This document shows, piece by piece, positions 12,979 through 26,353 of a stretch of DNA of 64,000 nucleotides. The stretch is from NCBI RefSeq assembly GCF_963921235.1, contig NC_086108.1, positions 6,386,001-6,450,000 on the forward strand, in the 5' to 3' direction. Under the pieces are notes generated by a model, which was not told where the DNA came from, made no database searches, and saw nothing but the letters and a program-made list of their open reading frames with translations. The translations under genes were made by a program, and so were the position numbers. The DNA comes from Mobula hypostoma (lineage: Eukaryota). Position 1 is the stretch's first letter, and every line of letters starts with the position of its first letter.

Positions 12979-14550
12979 CTCTTAGTCCAACAAATAACAA
13001 TAGTCCAGCTCGCCATTAAACAAAAACAGTGGGTGGCAAGTCCCTGGAATATACTGCCAGGGAGAATGGTCCAACGGTTCCACTTAATATCAGAGAATGT
13101 ATACAGTATACAGCCTGAATTTGTACCCTTCACAAACATCCATGAAACAGAGAAAACCCCAAAGAATGATTGACAGAAAAACCTTAGATCCCCAAAGCCC
13201 CACCTCCCCCCTTCTGCACATGAGCAGTGGCAAAGCACTGACACACCCACCCCATTTGTACCAGCAGGAAACATCAACACCAACACCTCCCCACCACCCA
13301 CCGGGGAAGCCACAGCAAGTCTCCCAAAATCTGTAACCCAGCACTTCAACATCCCACAGGCACCCTCTCTCTGTCAATAGCAAGGGAGAGTGAGGTATCA
13401 CACCTTCCACAGAGAGAGGGGAGACCAACAGCTGACCGTTTCGATGATACTTTCATTACAGATGCTGCATAATAACATTGAAGAGACTCTTGGGCAAATG
13501 AGCATGTAGAGAAGGCAAGGTATGGCCAATGAACTAGGAAAACGGATCTGATTAATTAGTTGTTCATTTAATTCGTTCAGTGCAACATCGTTGTCAAAGG
13601 GCCTGTCTTGTGCTGTACTTTTCCATGTTCTATGTAATTTTATCCTGACTGCCTTCTACCACTGTAACCAGCAACAATTTCTACTTCAAACCTGCCGATG
13701 GGTGTGAGCTGCTCCTAAACCAAAATCACAACTGTTGTATGCTGTGGGTAATTGCAACCCCCCCACCAAACCTTCACCATCCCCATTCCTGTTTCCTTCT
13801 TTCACCTTATCTTCTTACCTGCCTATCACCTCCCTCTGGTGCTCCTCCCCCTTCCCTTTCTTCCATGGTCTCCTGTCCTCTCCTCTCAGACTCCCTCTTC
13901 TCCAGCCCTTTATCTCTTTCACCAATCAACTTCCAAGCTCCTCACTTCACCCCTCCCCCTTCCAGTTTCACCTATCACCTGCAACTTTGTATTTCTTCTT
14001 CTCCCTCCCCACCCTACCAACCCTCTTACTCTGACTTTTCCCCTTCCTTTTTAGTCTCGAAGGGTCTCAGCCCGAAACGGCCACTGTTCGCATTTTTCCG
14101 TAGAACGCTGCCTGACCTGCTGATCCTCCTGCACCGTGTGTGCCTTGCCCTGGACTTCCTGCAGATTTTCTCATGTTTGTTTTATGCTGTGGTTTTCCCA
14201 TCTTTTAAAAATACAGTCTGCAAACCCTTCACCAGAGGGTTGTTGAGCACCTTCGGTGTTGTCACCAAAAGCGGGAATTCTCGGCGGCCACCCATTTCAA
14301 TTCCATTCCCATTCTCACGTCAGTCCATGGTCACCTTTTGTAACTTCAAAACGTTAAATTGATTCAAAGAAACTTACAGGTGCCCCAAAAAATGGGTGCA
14401 CTTCCTGTTCACTTTAAGTGAGGTGTGAATGTATCACATGGTAGCATAAGGATATATGGAATTCACGTATTTATAACCCACGATGAATTATTTAAACAAA
14501 CAAGAATACTTAATCAAACAACATATATATACACACTGCTGTGTACATAC

Positions 14551-15570
14551 ATCTATTGATGCTTCCGGACACATCTTCAGTGATATTCCTGGAATCATCG
14601 GGTGTTTCGGGTCTTTCAACATCATACAACCTCCTCCAGGTGACCCAGCCGGGGCTGATCAGACCCCAGCTTGTGTCCAGATGGCTAGCTACTTATGACT
14701 CCATGGCTCCCCTCTTTTGAGCCACAGCCATCTTGAGGCCCTCTCTGCTGCATCGGTGGTACTGCGGATGGCTCTCCTCCTCCTCTCTCCCCCGATGCCC
14801 AAAATGCTGAAGGCTCTAACTAAAGAACGGGCAACGAACCCCCTACAACCAACCTCCACTGGGAGACTCCTTGCTCTCCATCCAGCCTGCTGACAGTTGC
14901 TGACCAGTCCTGCGTACTTGGAGAGCTTCCTTTCAAAGGCCTCCTCCAAGCTATCTTCCCATGGGACTGTCAGCTCCAGCAGCACCACTTGCTTAGTAGA
15001 CTCAGAGTCTAGGACAATGTCTGGTCGCAGGGTGGTGGCTGCGATATGGTTGGGGTACTTCAGCTGCCCTTCGAGGTCCACCAACAGCTGCCAGTCCCTT
15101 GCAGAGGTCAGAATGCCTGCAGATGTTCTTTTGGCAGGTATTGGCTGCTCCCCAGCTCTGACAAAGGCAATGGTCTGCTTGGAGGGTCGGGACCACCTCG
15201 CCCACTCAACTCCTGCGCTGACGGCTTTGGTTCTTCGAGTAAGATGTTTTGGAGCCTTCCTTCTCCTCTTCTCCGAACCGTTCAGCTGCGATACTGACAA
15301 TAATTGTTGTCATGGCTTGCAGCTTCCTATCAACCCCTCCCTTCGCCGTTGCCTCCAGAATTTGGTTAACATCTTCATCAAACTGCTTCCACGGTGAAGT
15401 CACGTTAGCTGCAGGCCATTTGATCTGCCTCCTGTTAGACTTCATGTTCGAGGGATTAGTTTGCAACACTTGGAGGTTCTGGGCACTATGGGGTGACTCC
15501 AGGCCTGGCCCCTCCCTCGTCTCACCAGGTTGGACACCTGCGCGTTGTGCTGCTCCTGCTCCCGCTCAAA
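14551..15570 (-). mobile_element. Internally deleted HERO-like (R2-group) non-LTR retrotransposon with restriction-like endonuclease
   Basis: ORF 14689-15300 has RPDIV...LLELTVPWE...KLSKY...PVEVGCRGF (PD-(D/E)xK RLE). It is joined near 15225 to an N-terminal segment (IKWPAAN..WKQFDEDV). No RT is present. Confidence 0.85.
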
Positions 15571-15589
15571 TATTAATGAAGTATCAAAT

Positions 15590-16760
15590 ACACAACACTC
15601 CTCTTCTGCCATGATGAGGCCACTCTCAGGTTGGAGGAGCAACACTTCATATTCCATCTACATAGCCTCCAACCAGATAACATGAACATCATGTCCTCCA
15701 GCTTCTGGTAATTTCTCCCCCATCCCTCCTTCTCTCTTTTAATTCCAGATGGTCTCTCATCCCTCCTCTTCTCCCCACCCGCCTATCATCTCCCTCCGCT
15801 GCCCCTTCTTGCTTCCTTTCTCCCATTGGTCCACTGTCCTCTCCTATCAGACTCCTCCTTCTTCAGCCCTTTACCTCTTCCACCTATCATCTCCCAGCTT
15901 CTGACTTCATCTCCCATCCCCACTCACTCGCCTTCCTCCTCACCTGGTCTCATCTGTCAGCTCCCAGTTTGCATTTCTTCCCCTCCCGCCAATTTCCTAT
16001 TCCAGATTCTTCCCCCTTTCTTTCCAATCCTGGTGAAGGGTCTCAGCCAAAACATTGACTGTTTATTCCCCTCATAGATGCTGCCTGACCTGCTGAATTC
16101 TTCCCACGTTTTCTGTGTTGCTCAAGATTTCCAGCATCTGTAAAATATTCTGAGCTTATTGTCTGAAACCCTTCCTTCATCAAAAGAATAACCAAGTTCT
16201 AATAGACCCATTTACCTCCCACAAAGATCTGGTGGTCTTAAGGAGAAAATTACCATTCCAACATGTCAATCCATGGCCTCCACTTCTGCCACGATAGGGC
16301 CATTCTCAGTTTGGAGAAGCAATATTTCATATTCAGTCGAGGTGGCCTCCAACTTGATGGCATGAACATTGATTTCTCCAGCTTCCAGTAACTCCCCCCA
16401 CCCTTCCATTCCCCACTCCCCCTTACCTCTTCCCCTCACCTGCCTATCACCTTCCCCTGGTGTATCTCCTTTTTCCTATGGTCCACTCTCCTGTCAGATT
16501 CCTCCTTCTTCAGCCCTTAACCTCTTCAACCTATCACCTCCCAGCTTCACACATCAATCTCCCCTTCCCACCCACCTAGACTTACCTATCACCTCCTAAA
16601 TTGTCACCTTTCCCCTGCCCCTGCCTTTTTATTCTGGCATCTGCCTTTTTGCTTCCCAGTCCTGAAGAAGGGTCTCGGTCCAAAACGTTGACTCTTTATT
16701 CCTTTCTATAGGTGCTGCATGACCTGCTGAGTTCCTTCAACATTTTGTGTGTGTTACATT
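15590..16760 (+). mobile_element. Two tandem degraded Penelope-like 3' fragments
   Basis: Both copies (about 15590-16160 and 16250-16760) resemble the GIY-YIG C-terminus plus pLTR. A further pLTR copy lies at about 13760-14180. Confidence 0.75.
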
Positions 16761-19013
16761 GTCCTGCTCACCTGTGGGATAATGGATTCCACTGCTTTCA
16801 GCAAGAGTGCATTCCTTCCTACCTTTTTAGCTGCAGATTTAGTACCATACAGATTTAATATTCCTGGATTTTGGTATCTTGAGGATAGGTAGATTAAAGA
16901 ACATGTCTAATGGGAAACATTCATCAATATCATCATTATCATCTTTATGTGCCATGTTGTAAGACATGGGCAATCTTGGTCTTTCCATGACTGTGATTAC
17001 TTTGGCATATTTTTCTACAGAAGTGGTTTGGCATTGTCTTCTTCTGGAAAGTGTCTTTACAAGATGGGTGATCCCAGCTTACTTATTTATTTTAATTATT
17101 ATTTTTCATGTTTTTTGTTTGTTTCTTTGTATTTACTGTGAAATCCCCAAGAAAATCAATCTCATGGTTATATATGTTGATATATATGTACTTAATAAAT
17201 TAATAATAATAATTTTACTTTTTGAGCCCAAGAGCAGTTCTACAAAACAATGTTGCAGTTCTACAAAACCCTGGTTAGACCACACTTGGAGTATTGTGTT
17301 CCGTTCTGGTGATCTCATTATAGGAAGGACGTGGGAGCTTTAGGGAGGGTGCTGTGGAGTTTTACCAGGATGATACCTGGATTAGTTAGCAAGACTTCTG
17401 AGGATAGGTTGGACAAGCTGGGGCTTTCCTCTTTGGGCTGAAGCAGGATGAGAGGTGACAAGACGGCAAGAAGCATTGACTGAGTGGATAGCCAGAGACT
17501 TTTCCCCAGGACAGTAATAGTGAATAGAAGCGAGCATGATTGGAGGAGAGTTAGTGGGGGATGTCAGAGGTAATACTTTTACCCAGTGTGTGGTGGGTGA
17601 ATGGAACACCCCACCAGGGGTGGTGCTAGAGGCAGATACATTAGGCACATTTTTTGGATCAGCACACACAGAAGAAATTCAGCAGGTGCTGGAAATACAG
17701 AGCACAAAATCCAACACACAAAATGCTGGAGGAACTCAGCAGGTCAGGCAGTATCTATGAAAATGAATAAACAGTCAACGTGTCATGCTGAGACCCTTCA
17801 TCACACTTACTTATTCCTCTCCATAGATGCTGCCTGACCTGTTGAGTTCCTCCACCATTTTGACTGTGTGTGCGTTTTGTTCTTAGATTTATTTAGTGAT
17901 ACAGACCCTTCAGGCCCTTCGAGCCACACTGCCCCAGTAACCCATGACAAACCCGACTACCATGAACCTAATCATGGGACAATTTATAATGACCTACCCA
18001 GTACGTCTTTGGACCCTGGGAGGAAACCAGAGCACCTGGGGAAAACCCACACATTCCACAGGGAGAATGTAAGGACTCCTGACAGATGGTGCCAGAATTG
18101 AACTCCAAAATGGCCCGAGCTGTAATAGCATCATGTTAACTAGGCACACGGATAATCGAGAAATGGACGGCTATGTGAGAGAGAAGGCTTAGATTGATCT
18201 TGAAGTAGGTTAAAAGGTAGGCTTAAAGTTCAAAGATTCAAAAGTACATTTATAATCGAACTATGTATGCAGTATACAACCCTGAGATTCATCTTCAGCA
18301 CAGACAGCTACGAAACAAGGTTACACCATGGAATCCGTTCAAAGAAACCATCAAACTCCCAACACACAAATCTAAATTGCTTAAGCGGCAGGAAAAAAAT
18401 TAGCAAAAACCACAGAGTATAAAACATCAAATCACAAAGTTATTGAAAGGGTCCAGGCATATTCAGTTCTGTTCAATCTAGCACTGCGTCGATCATTGAC
18501 GGCAGGCCACAGAGACAGTCCACCCCGATCAAAATTGCACCAAATAACAACAAAAAAGGAGTGACTATTGTGGGCTGAATGCCCTGTACTGTGCTGTACT
18601 GTTCTATGTTCTACTCCTGACAATATCTCCACACTGGAAAATCTATGGGAGATCCGGGAGTATCAATAACGGTTGCAAGCTGGTTTTTGTGCCAAGGAAC
18701 CACAGGAGATGGTGCCTCAATAACTACAATTCACCTTGCAGTTTGTTATAATCTCAGCGAGGAGCAGACAACAGCTCCCCAAAGAAAAGTGCAAGGTCAA
18801 ATCGTAGATTCTGTGACACCGGTGAGTATGAGAGGAGTCATCGTCCTTTTGGACAGAGTTGTGGTTAGTCTAAAGCTTTCCAGTGATCACCGTTCAGGGT
18901 CTGATTCATGCCACTGTCAATAAGGAGTTTAAATGTTTCCCCTTGACTGCGTATGCTTCCAAAAGATCTGCCTTGTGCTGTTCCTCCCACATTCTAAAGA
19001 CGTACGGGTAAAG

Positions 19014-19521
19014 GCTGATTTATACTTCTGCGTCAAATCGACGCCGTAGGTATGGCGTCGCCACAAACCCTACGCAGAGCCTACACAGATCCCTACGCCA
19101 TAGCCTGATGCGCACCTCTCCCAAAATGTAACTACGTGTCCCGGCAACGCAGATCGCAACAACTGTGATTGGTCCGCTTGGCAGCATCGCATTTCCTCCT
19201 ACGCTGCAATAGCTTCCCATTGGGCAACTGAAGGGCGGGGAAGGAACTCTGGCTGCAATGCTTTCCATACACCTTTACAGACCTCCGAAATTATGGAGGA
19301 CATGTCTCGCATTTACAAAAAAAGACGCTCGCTTTAAACTTGTTTACCCCGAGAAAGACTACCATGACCATGAAGCCTTGCATGGGCAGGTGTGTGCGCA
19401 TGCGTGACGTGCCGGAATTGCAGAGTGATGCAGACACACCAACGCACAAGTATAGATGCTCACAATGCACGTGGGCCACTTGTGTAGGTTACGGCATCCA
19501 TTTGATGCGCAAGTATAAATC
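19014..19521. mobile_element. MITE / non-autonomous DNA transposon (Harbinger-like)
   Basis: Imperfect TIRs TGATTTATACTTCTGCGTCAAAT and ATTTGATGCGCAAGTATAAATCA; CpG-rich, non-coding. Superfamily is inferred. Confidence 0.6.
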
Positions 19522-20835
19522 AAAAGTATAAATTAAGGGTTGTTAAGTTGCACTGGAAGCATGGCAGCATTTGCAGGTTGCCCCCGGCACATCCTCATCT
19601 GTGTTGGTCGTCGTCACATAAAGTGGAGAGCATTCTAACTGACTGCATCACCGTCTGGTATGGGGGAACACTGCAAAAGATGAAAATCAGCTGCAGAGAG
19701 TTGTGAACTCAGTCAGCTCCAACGTGGGCACTAGTCTCCCTGGCATCCAGGACATCTTCAAGGAGCGATGCCTCAAAAAGGCAGCATCCATCATTAAGGA
19801 CCCCCATCACCCAGGACATGCCCTCTTCTCATTGCTACCATCAGGAAAGAGATACAGGAGCCTGAAGGCACACACTCAACGATTCATGAACAGCTTTTCC
19901 TCCTCTGCCATCTGATTTCTGAACGGACATTGAACCCACGTACACTATCTCCTCACTAGGTTTTTTAACTCTTTTTGCACGACTTATTTAACTTAACTTT
20001 TTCAATATATACATACTTCTTCCTTTAATTTACAGTTTTTATTATTGGGTATTGCATTGTACTACCGCTGCATTACAACAAATTTCATGACATAAACCTG
20101 ATACTCAGTCTGTGCTTGTGGAGAAGACATTTTCAACAGTGGGAGAGTCTAGGACCAACCAGACAGCACAACCTAAGAATAGAAAGGCGTCCCTTTACAA
20201 CAGAGATGAGAGGGAACTTCTTTAGCCAGAGGGTGGGGAATCCGTGGAATTTATTGCCACAGTTGGCAGGGCTATTGGGTAAATTTAAAGCAGAAGACAG
20301 ACAAGACTGTAAGACGATAAGATATAGGAACAGAATTAGGCCATTTAGCTCATCGAGTGCACCCTTGATTCCTCTCGGCTATTAGATTTCTGAATGGACA
20401 TTGAAACCACAAACTCTACCTCACTACTCCTTAAAATATTTTTTCAGGACTTATTCATTTAATTTAACTACATATGTAGTTAAGTTAAATGAATATATCC
20501 TGTAATTTACAATTTTTTAATTACATATTGCGATGTACTGTTATGGCAAACCAACAAATTTCACGGCATTTGCCGGTGATATTAAACCTGATTCTGATTC
20601 TGATTCTGACAATGCATTTCAAAGTACAGGTCACACATAAAGCTAAACTTCATCTTGAGAAGGCCATGCAGCAAAAGTGGAGCAGCCGGGACAGCTGCTC
20701 CTTCACAGCTCCACGGACCCTGGCTCCTGGCTCCACCCTGGTTTCTGGCACCGTCTGCATATTCTCTGCTCAGTGCCCTGGCTTTATTTCCTTGCTGATT
20801 TATTCAGAGGTACTGCACAGAGTAGGCCTACCCCC

Positions 20836-21270
20836 TCCAAGACGACCACAACCTCGTCATGGGGTTTGGAGGCTTGCGTTGCCTCAATGATCCGGCGAGC
20901 TATGCTGGCTGGAGTCAGGGTTTTACACTTTGACTCCTGGTAGGGTCACTCGTACCAAACAGGTCAAAGGGTAGAGGCCAGACTAAGAGTGGTCCACTGG
21001 TCCTTCAGGTTTGGGGGGGGTGCAGAGGGGTTCAGCTCAGGTTTAACAACCCTGACTGGTCAAACAAAACTGTTACAGAAACAGCAATGAAGAATCTTTC
21101 TACATCTGAGTGTGACGGTATTCCTGAGTCTCCACATGGGACCTGCGTGACTGACAGTAGTGAAAACTGAGAGGAAACTACAGACATGATGAAGGAAGCC
21201 CTGAACACCGCCAGAGATGGATGATCTTCACTGCTGCTCTAAACGCCAGCAGTGTAAGGGCAGTGAGTAA
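20836..21270 (+). mobile_element. ~430-bp non-autonomous RTE-like retroposon (three copies)
   Basis: Colinear copies at about 6367-6812 (+) and 55720-56050 (-). 3' end ttcattgctgccctaaatgccagc plus short-repeat tail. Confidence 0.6.
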
Positions 21271-21318
21271 CCTACCCAGCACCCGGTGGAAACCTTCACA
21301 TTCCACGGGGAGGACTTT

Positions 21319-22280
21319 CATAGTCATAGTCATAGTCATACTTTATTGATCCTGGGGGAAATTGATTTTGGTTACAGTTGCTCCATAAATAATAAATAGT
21401 AATAGAACCATAAATAGTTAAATAGTAATATGTAAATTATGCCTGTAAATTATGAATTAAGTCCAGGACCAGCCTATTGGCTCAGGATGTCTGACCCTCC
21501 AAGGAAGGAGTTGTAAAGTTTGATGGCCTCAGGCAGGAATGACTTCCTATGACGCTCTGTGTTGCATCTCGGTGGAATGAGTCTCTGGCTGAATGTACTC
21601 CTGTGCCCACCCAGTACATTATGTAGTGGATGGGAGACATTGTCCAAGATGGCATGCAACTTAGACAGCATCCTCTTTTCAGACACCACCGTAAGAGAGT
21701 CCAGTTCCATCCCCACAACATCACTGGCCTTACGGATGAGTTTGTTGGTTCTGTTGGTGTCTGCTACCCTCAGCCTGCTGCCCCAGCACACAACAGCAAA
21801 CATGATCGCACTGGCCGCCACAGACTTGTAGAACATCCTCAGCATCGTCCGGCAGATGTTAAAGGACCTCAGCCTCCTCAGGAAATAGAGACGGCTCTCA
21901 CCCTTCTTGTAGACAGCCTCAGTGTTCTTGACCAGTCCAGTTTATTGTCAATTTGTATTCCCAGGTATTTGTAACCCTCCACCATGTCCACACTGACCCC
22001 CTGGATGGAAATAGGGGTCACCGGTACCTTAGCTCTCCTCAGGTCTACCACCAGCTCCTTAGTCTTTTTCACATTAAGCTGCAGATAATTCTGCTCACAC
22101 CATGTGACAAAGTTTCCTACCGTAGCCTTGTACTCAGCCTCATCTCCCTTGCTGATGCATCCAACTATGGCAGAGTCATCCGAAAACTTCTGAAGATGAC
22201 AAGACTCTGTGCAGTAGTTGAAGTCCAAGGTGGAAATGGTGAAGAGAAAGGGAGACAAGACAGTCCCCTGTGGAGCCCCA
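21319..22280 (-). mobile_element. Rex1/Babar-like LINE 3' fragment including the RT FSDD motif
   Basis: ORFs 21878-22258 (SPFLF...QKFSDDSAIVG) and 21474-21845; TATGAC tail. Confidence 0.87.
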
Positions 22281-23740
22281 GTGGAGCCCCTATGTAAGGA
22301 ATCTCTAGAGATTCCTTACACAGGACGCCGGTATTGAATTCTGAATCCCCGAGCTGCAATACAGTCGTGCTAACCACTTCACTACCATGGCACCCAAGGC
22401 CCAGAGACGTGCAGTGGGTAGGTTAACGGTTACCAGGGTGTTGGTGAGTGATCAGAATCAGAATCAGGTTTAATAACACCAGCATATGTCGTGAAATTTG
22501 TCGTCTTTGCGGCAGCAGTACAACGCAATACATAATGATAGAAAAATGTGAATTACAGTATATATATTAAATAGTTAAATTAAATCAGTAGCACAAAATA
22601 AAAATTAAAAAGTAGTGAGGTAGTGTTCATGGGTTCAATGTCCATTCAGAAATCTGGATGGCAGAGGGGAAGAAGCTGTTCCTGAATCATTGAGTGTGTG
22701 TCTTCAGGCTCCTGTACCTCATCCCTGATGGTAGCAATGAGAAGAGGGCACGTCCTGGGTGATGGGGTCCTTAATGATGGATGTGGCCTTTCTGAGGCAT
22801 TGCTCCTTGAAGATGTTGTGGATACTACAGAGGCCAGTGCCCAGGATGGAACCAGGAGGAAGCTTCTCAAATGTTTTCTTTGTTGGTATTGGGGAGGGGG
22901 GGTGCTTGACAGGTTGGTTCAGAGGGGCTGAAGGGCCTGTGTGCTTGCTGTACGACCAAACAACTTTGTGGCCAGAGGCAACCGGACAAGAAGGGAGGCC
23001 AGAGGCGAGAGAGTTTAGAGGGAAGGAAGGGTGAGGGAATTCTGGTCAAGATGGCGCAGAGCTGTGAGGTCCATCGAAGTTGTGGCTGAGACTTGTTTTT
23101 TCTCACATTGCTAGGGACGATTTTGTGGACAGTGCAGGGAGTTAGGGTTCAGGGACAGGAATAAGGGCGAGTTGGAGGTGAGGGAGGGGCTTCCTTTGCC
23201 GCTGTTGTTCTGCTGAACACCGTTGACCTGCAATGTTGGTGCCAGAATGTGTGGCAAAACCTACGGACTGCCCCCACTCTGCCCTGCCCCCAGCACATCC
23301 TTAGGTTTTTAATGAAAATGACACATTTTGCTGTAAATGAATCTGAATCTGACCGACTTCTGTCAAAGATTAAGGGTTAGCCCTATTTATCACATGCACT
23401 GCAGATTGAAACAGACAAGTGAAATGCCTCGTATTTTGCGCCAACATCGAACACAACCTGAGGATGTGCTGGGGGCAGCCTGTAAGTGTCGGCGCACTTC
23501 CAGCACCACCACGGCGTACCCACAATTTACTAATCCCAACCCGTATGCCTTCGGACTGCCGGCGGAAACCCGGGCGGTCATGGGGAAGACGTACAGACAG
23601 CGGCGGGATCGAACCGGAATTTGGCAGCTGGCATTGTAAAGTGGTGCCCTGACCGCTCCGCTTCCACGTCACTCTGAAAATTAAATGATGCCATCTTGAT
23701 CACAGTTTAAAAGAAATACCGGTCTTCAGTTGTCTGAGAC

Positions 23741-23767
23741 CAGGATGGAGATGGGGAGGCGTGAGGC

Positions 23768-23822
<55 letters not shown>

Positions 23823-25140
23823 GGGCAAAGATGGGAGATGGAGAGGAGCGATATGACAGTGGGGGGAAGAAGGAGATGGGGAGGAAGGAGATGGGGAGGT
23901 GTGAGGCCAAGTGTGTGTGTCCGGGCAAAGATGGGAAGATGGGAGATGGAGAGGAGGGATATGACAGTGGGGGGAGGAAGGAGATGGGGAGGTGTGAGGC
24001 CAAGTGTGTGTGTCCGGGCAAAGATGGGAAGATGGGAGATGGAGAGGAGGGATACGACAGTGGGGGGAGGAAGGAGATGGGGAGGTGTGAGGCCAAGTGT
24101 GTGTGTCCGGGCAAAGATGGGAGATGGAGAGGAGGGATATGACAGTGGGGGGAGGAAGGAGATGGGGAGGTGTGAGGCCAAGTGTGTGTGTCCGGGCAAA
24201 GATGGGAGATGGAGAGGAGGGATATGACAGTGGGGGGAGGAAGGAGATGGGGAGGTGTGAGGCCAAGTGTGTGTGTCCGGGCAAAGATGGGAGATGGAGA
24301 GCAGGGATATGACAGTGGGGGGAGGAAGGAGATGGGGAGGAGTGAGGCCAAGTGTGTGTGTCCGGGCAAAGATGGGAGATGGAGAGGAGGGATATGACAG
24401 TGGGGGGAGGAAGGAGATGGGGAGGAAGGAGATGGGGAGGTGTGAGGCCAAGTGTGTGTGTCCGGGCAAAGATGGGAGATGGAGAGGAGGGATATGACAG
24501 TGGGGGGAGGAAGGAGATGGGGAGGTGTGAGGCCAAGTGTGTGTGTCCGGGCAAAGATGGGAGATAGAGAGCAGGGATATGACAGTGGGGGGAGGAAGGA
24601 GATGGGGAGGAGTGAGGTCAAGTGTGTGTGTCCGGGCAAAGATGGGAGATGGAGAGGAGGGATATGACAGTGGGGGGAGGAAGGAGATGGGGAGGTGTGA
24701 GGCCAAGTGTGTGTGTCCGGGCAAAGATGGGAGATGGAGAGGAGGGATATGACAGTGGGGGGAGGAAGGAGATGGGGAGGTGTGAGGCCAAGTGTGTGTG
24801 TCCGGGCAAAGATGGGAAGATGGGAGATGGAGAGGAGGGATATGACAGTGGGGGGAGGAAGGAGATGGGGAGGTGTGAGGCCAAGTGTGTGTGTCCGGGC
24901 AAAGATGGGAAGATGGGAGATGGAGAGGAGGGATACGACAGTGGGGGGAGGAAGGAGATGGGGAGGTGTGAGGCCAAGTGTGTGTGTCCGGGCAAAAATG
25001 GGAAGATGGGAGATGGAGAGGAGGGATACGACAGTGGGGGGAGGAAGGAGATGGGGAGGTGTGAGGCCAAGTGTGTGTGTCCGGGCAAAGATGGGAGATG
25101 GAGAGGAGGGATATGACAGTGGGGCCGGGGGGGGGGGGGT
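23741..25140 (+). repeat. G/purine-rich minisatellite, 85-bp basic unit with 93- and 100-bp variants, about 15 copies
   Basis: GTGAGGCCAAGTGTGTGTGTCCGGGCAAAGATGGGAG... repeated. (GT)25 at 23771-23820; terminal G-run. Confidence 0.97.
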
Positions 25141-25552
25141 GCGGGAAGCAGGCAGAAAGGAAAGAAAATATTCTCTTGATAAAAAATCTCCATTATTGGG
25201 AAGTTTTTCTACATTTAGTTTGAAATAATCTCAGCAGATCAGGAGCAAAGCGTAGCAGTGCACAGCTAAATTCAGAATGAAATGTGTTCATCCATTCCAC
25301 TGCACTCTCTTTCAATAAACCTGTCAAAATTACTCATCCTCATCAATAGCAACAGCCAGTAACAGTTCATAAACCTGAGAACTGACTGAAACATATTTTA
25401 ATTAACAATAAATCCGGTGGAAACTATTTCACAGTGGGAGGTGGGAAGGGTCCTTTACAATTTTTTTTTCCCTCTGCTTAACACAAAATGCTTTCTAATC
25501 TTTAAAAGCAAAGACTATTACTTTTGGGGAAAGTCAACCAGACAATAACATA

Positions 25553-25725
25553 TTTTACCAAATATATTATTTTAGTGAAAAATCAGCCAGGCAATGAGAT
25601 ACTGTAGTAAATATATTATTTGAGTGAAAAAAAATCAGCCAGGCAATGAGATATTTTAGCAAATATGTTATTTGAGTGGGAAATCAGTCGGCCGGCAATG
25701 ATAGATTTTTACAACATATATTATC
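25553..25725 (+). repeat. Imperfect ~50-bp tandem repeat, about 3 copies
   Basis: AAATATATTATTT..AGTG..AAATCAGCCAGGCAATGAGATA recurs. Confidence 0.8.
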
Positions 25726-26353
25726 AAATTTCTTCAATAATAAATAGTATTGCTCGGTTAAAAAATCTATATTGTATAATCAGACTCATGATCGAGAAAT
25801 ACAGTACAAGAAACCTTAGCATGTTTTTTTTCAATTGATTTATTTGTTGAATAATAATTCTGATGTTTATCAGTGATAACTATAGCAATATGAACAATTT
25901 TAAAAGGAGCCTAGTCGCTGCCGATTTGCCAAACATGCATTATGAAGGAGGTTTCTATCTTGTTTTTGCTGCGTGTTTGTTTTTTTTGGACCCAGCAGAC
26001 GAGGATGCTTACAGACAATAGACACACAGCATCAGCAGCCCTGCGAGGGTTGCAAACTGCGTCAGTGAAAAAAAAACACAAGACTCCCCCAAAATCAAGC
26101 ATCAAATGCTACCGATATTTCTGTGGACTGCCCCTCTTCTCTCCATCGTTCACGTCCAGCAAGAAGCAGAAATATCTCAGAGTGTCAAAACACCATTTTT
26201 TGAAGTATCCCTCTCGCCCGACCAGCGCCCTTTTAGACAGCGAACAACAGGGCAATAACATATGCTTCAGAGTCAAATTGTTACATTGTTACACCAGTGT
26301 TACAACAAAAGAAAGGACAAAAGAGCTACAATGATATAAGATTTCAGTCTTAC

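Noticed and set aside
23700..25228. Long Pro/His/Ser-rich or Gly-rich ORFs up to 332 aa
   Set aside because: They arise from a stop-poor minisatellite that is open in all three minus frames; no splice or domain support.
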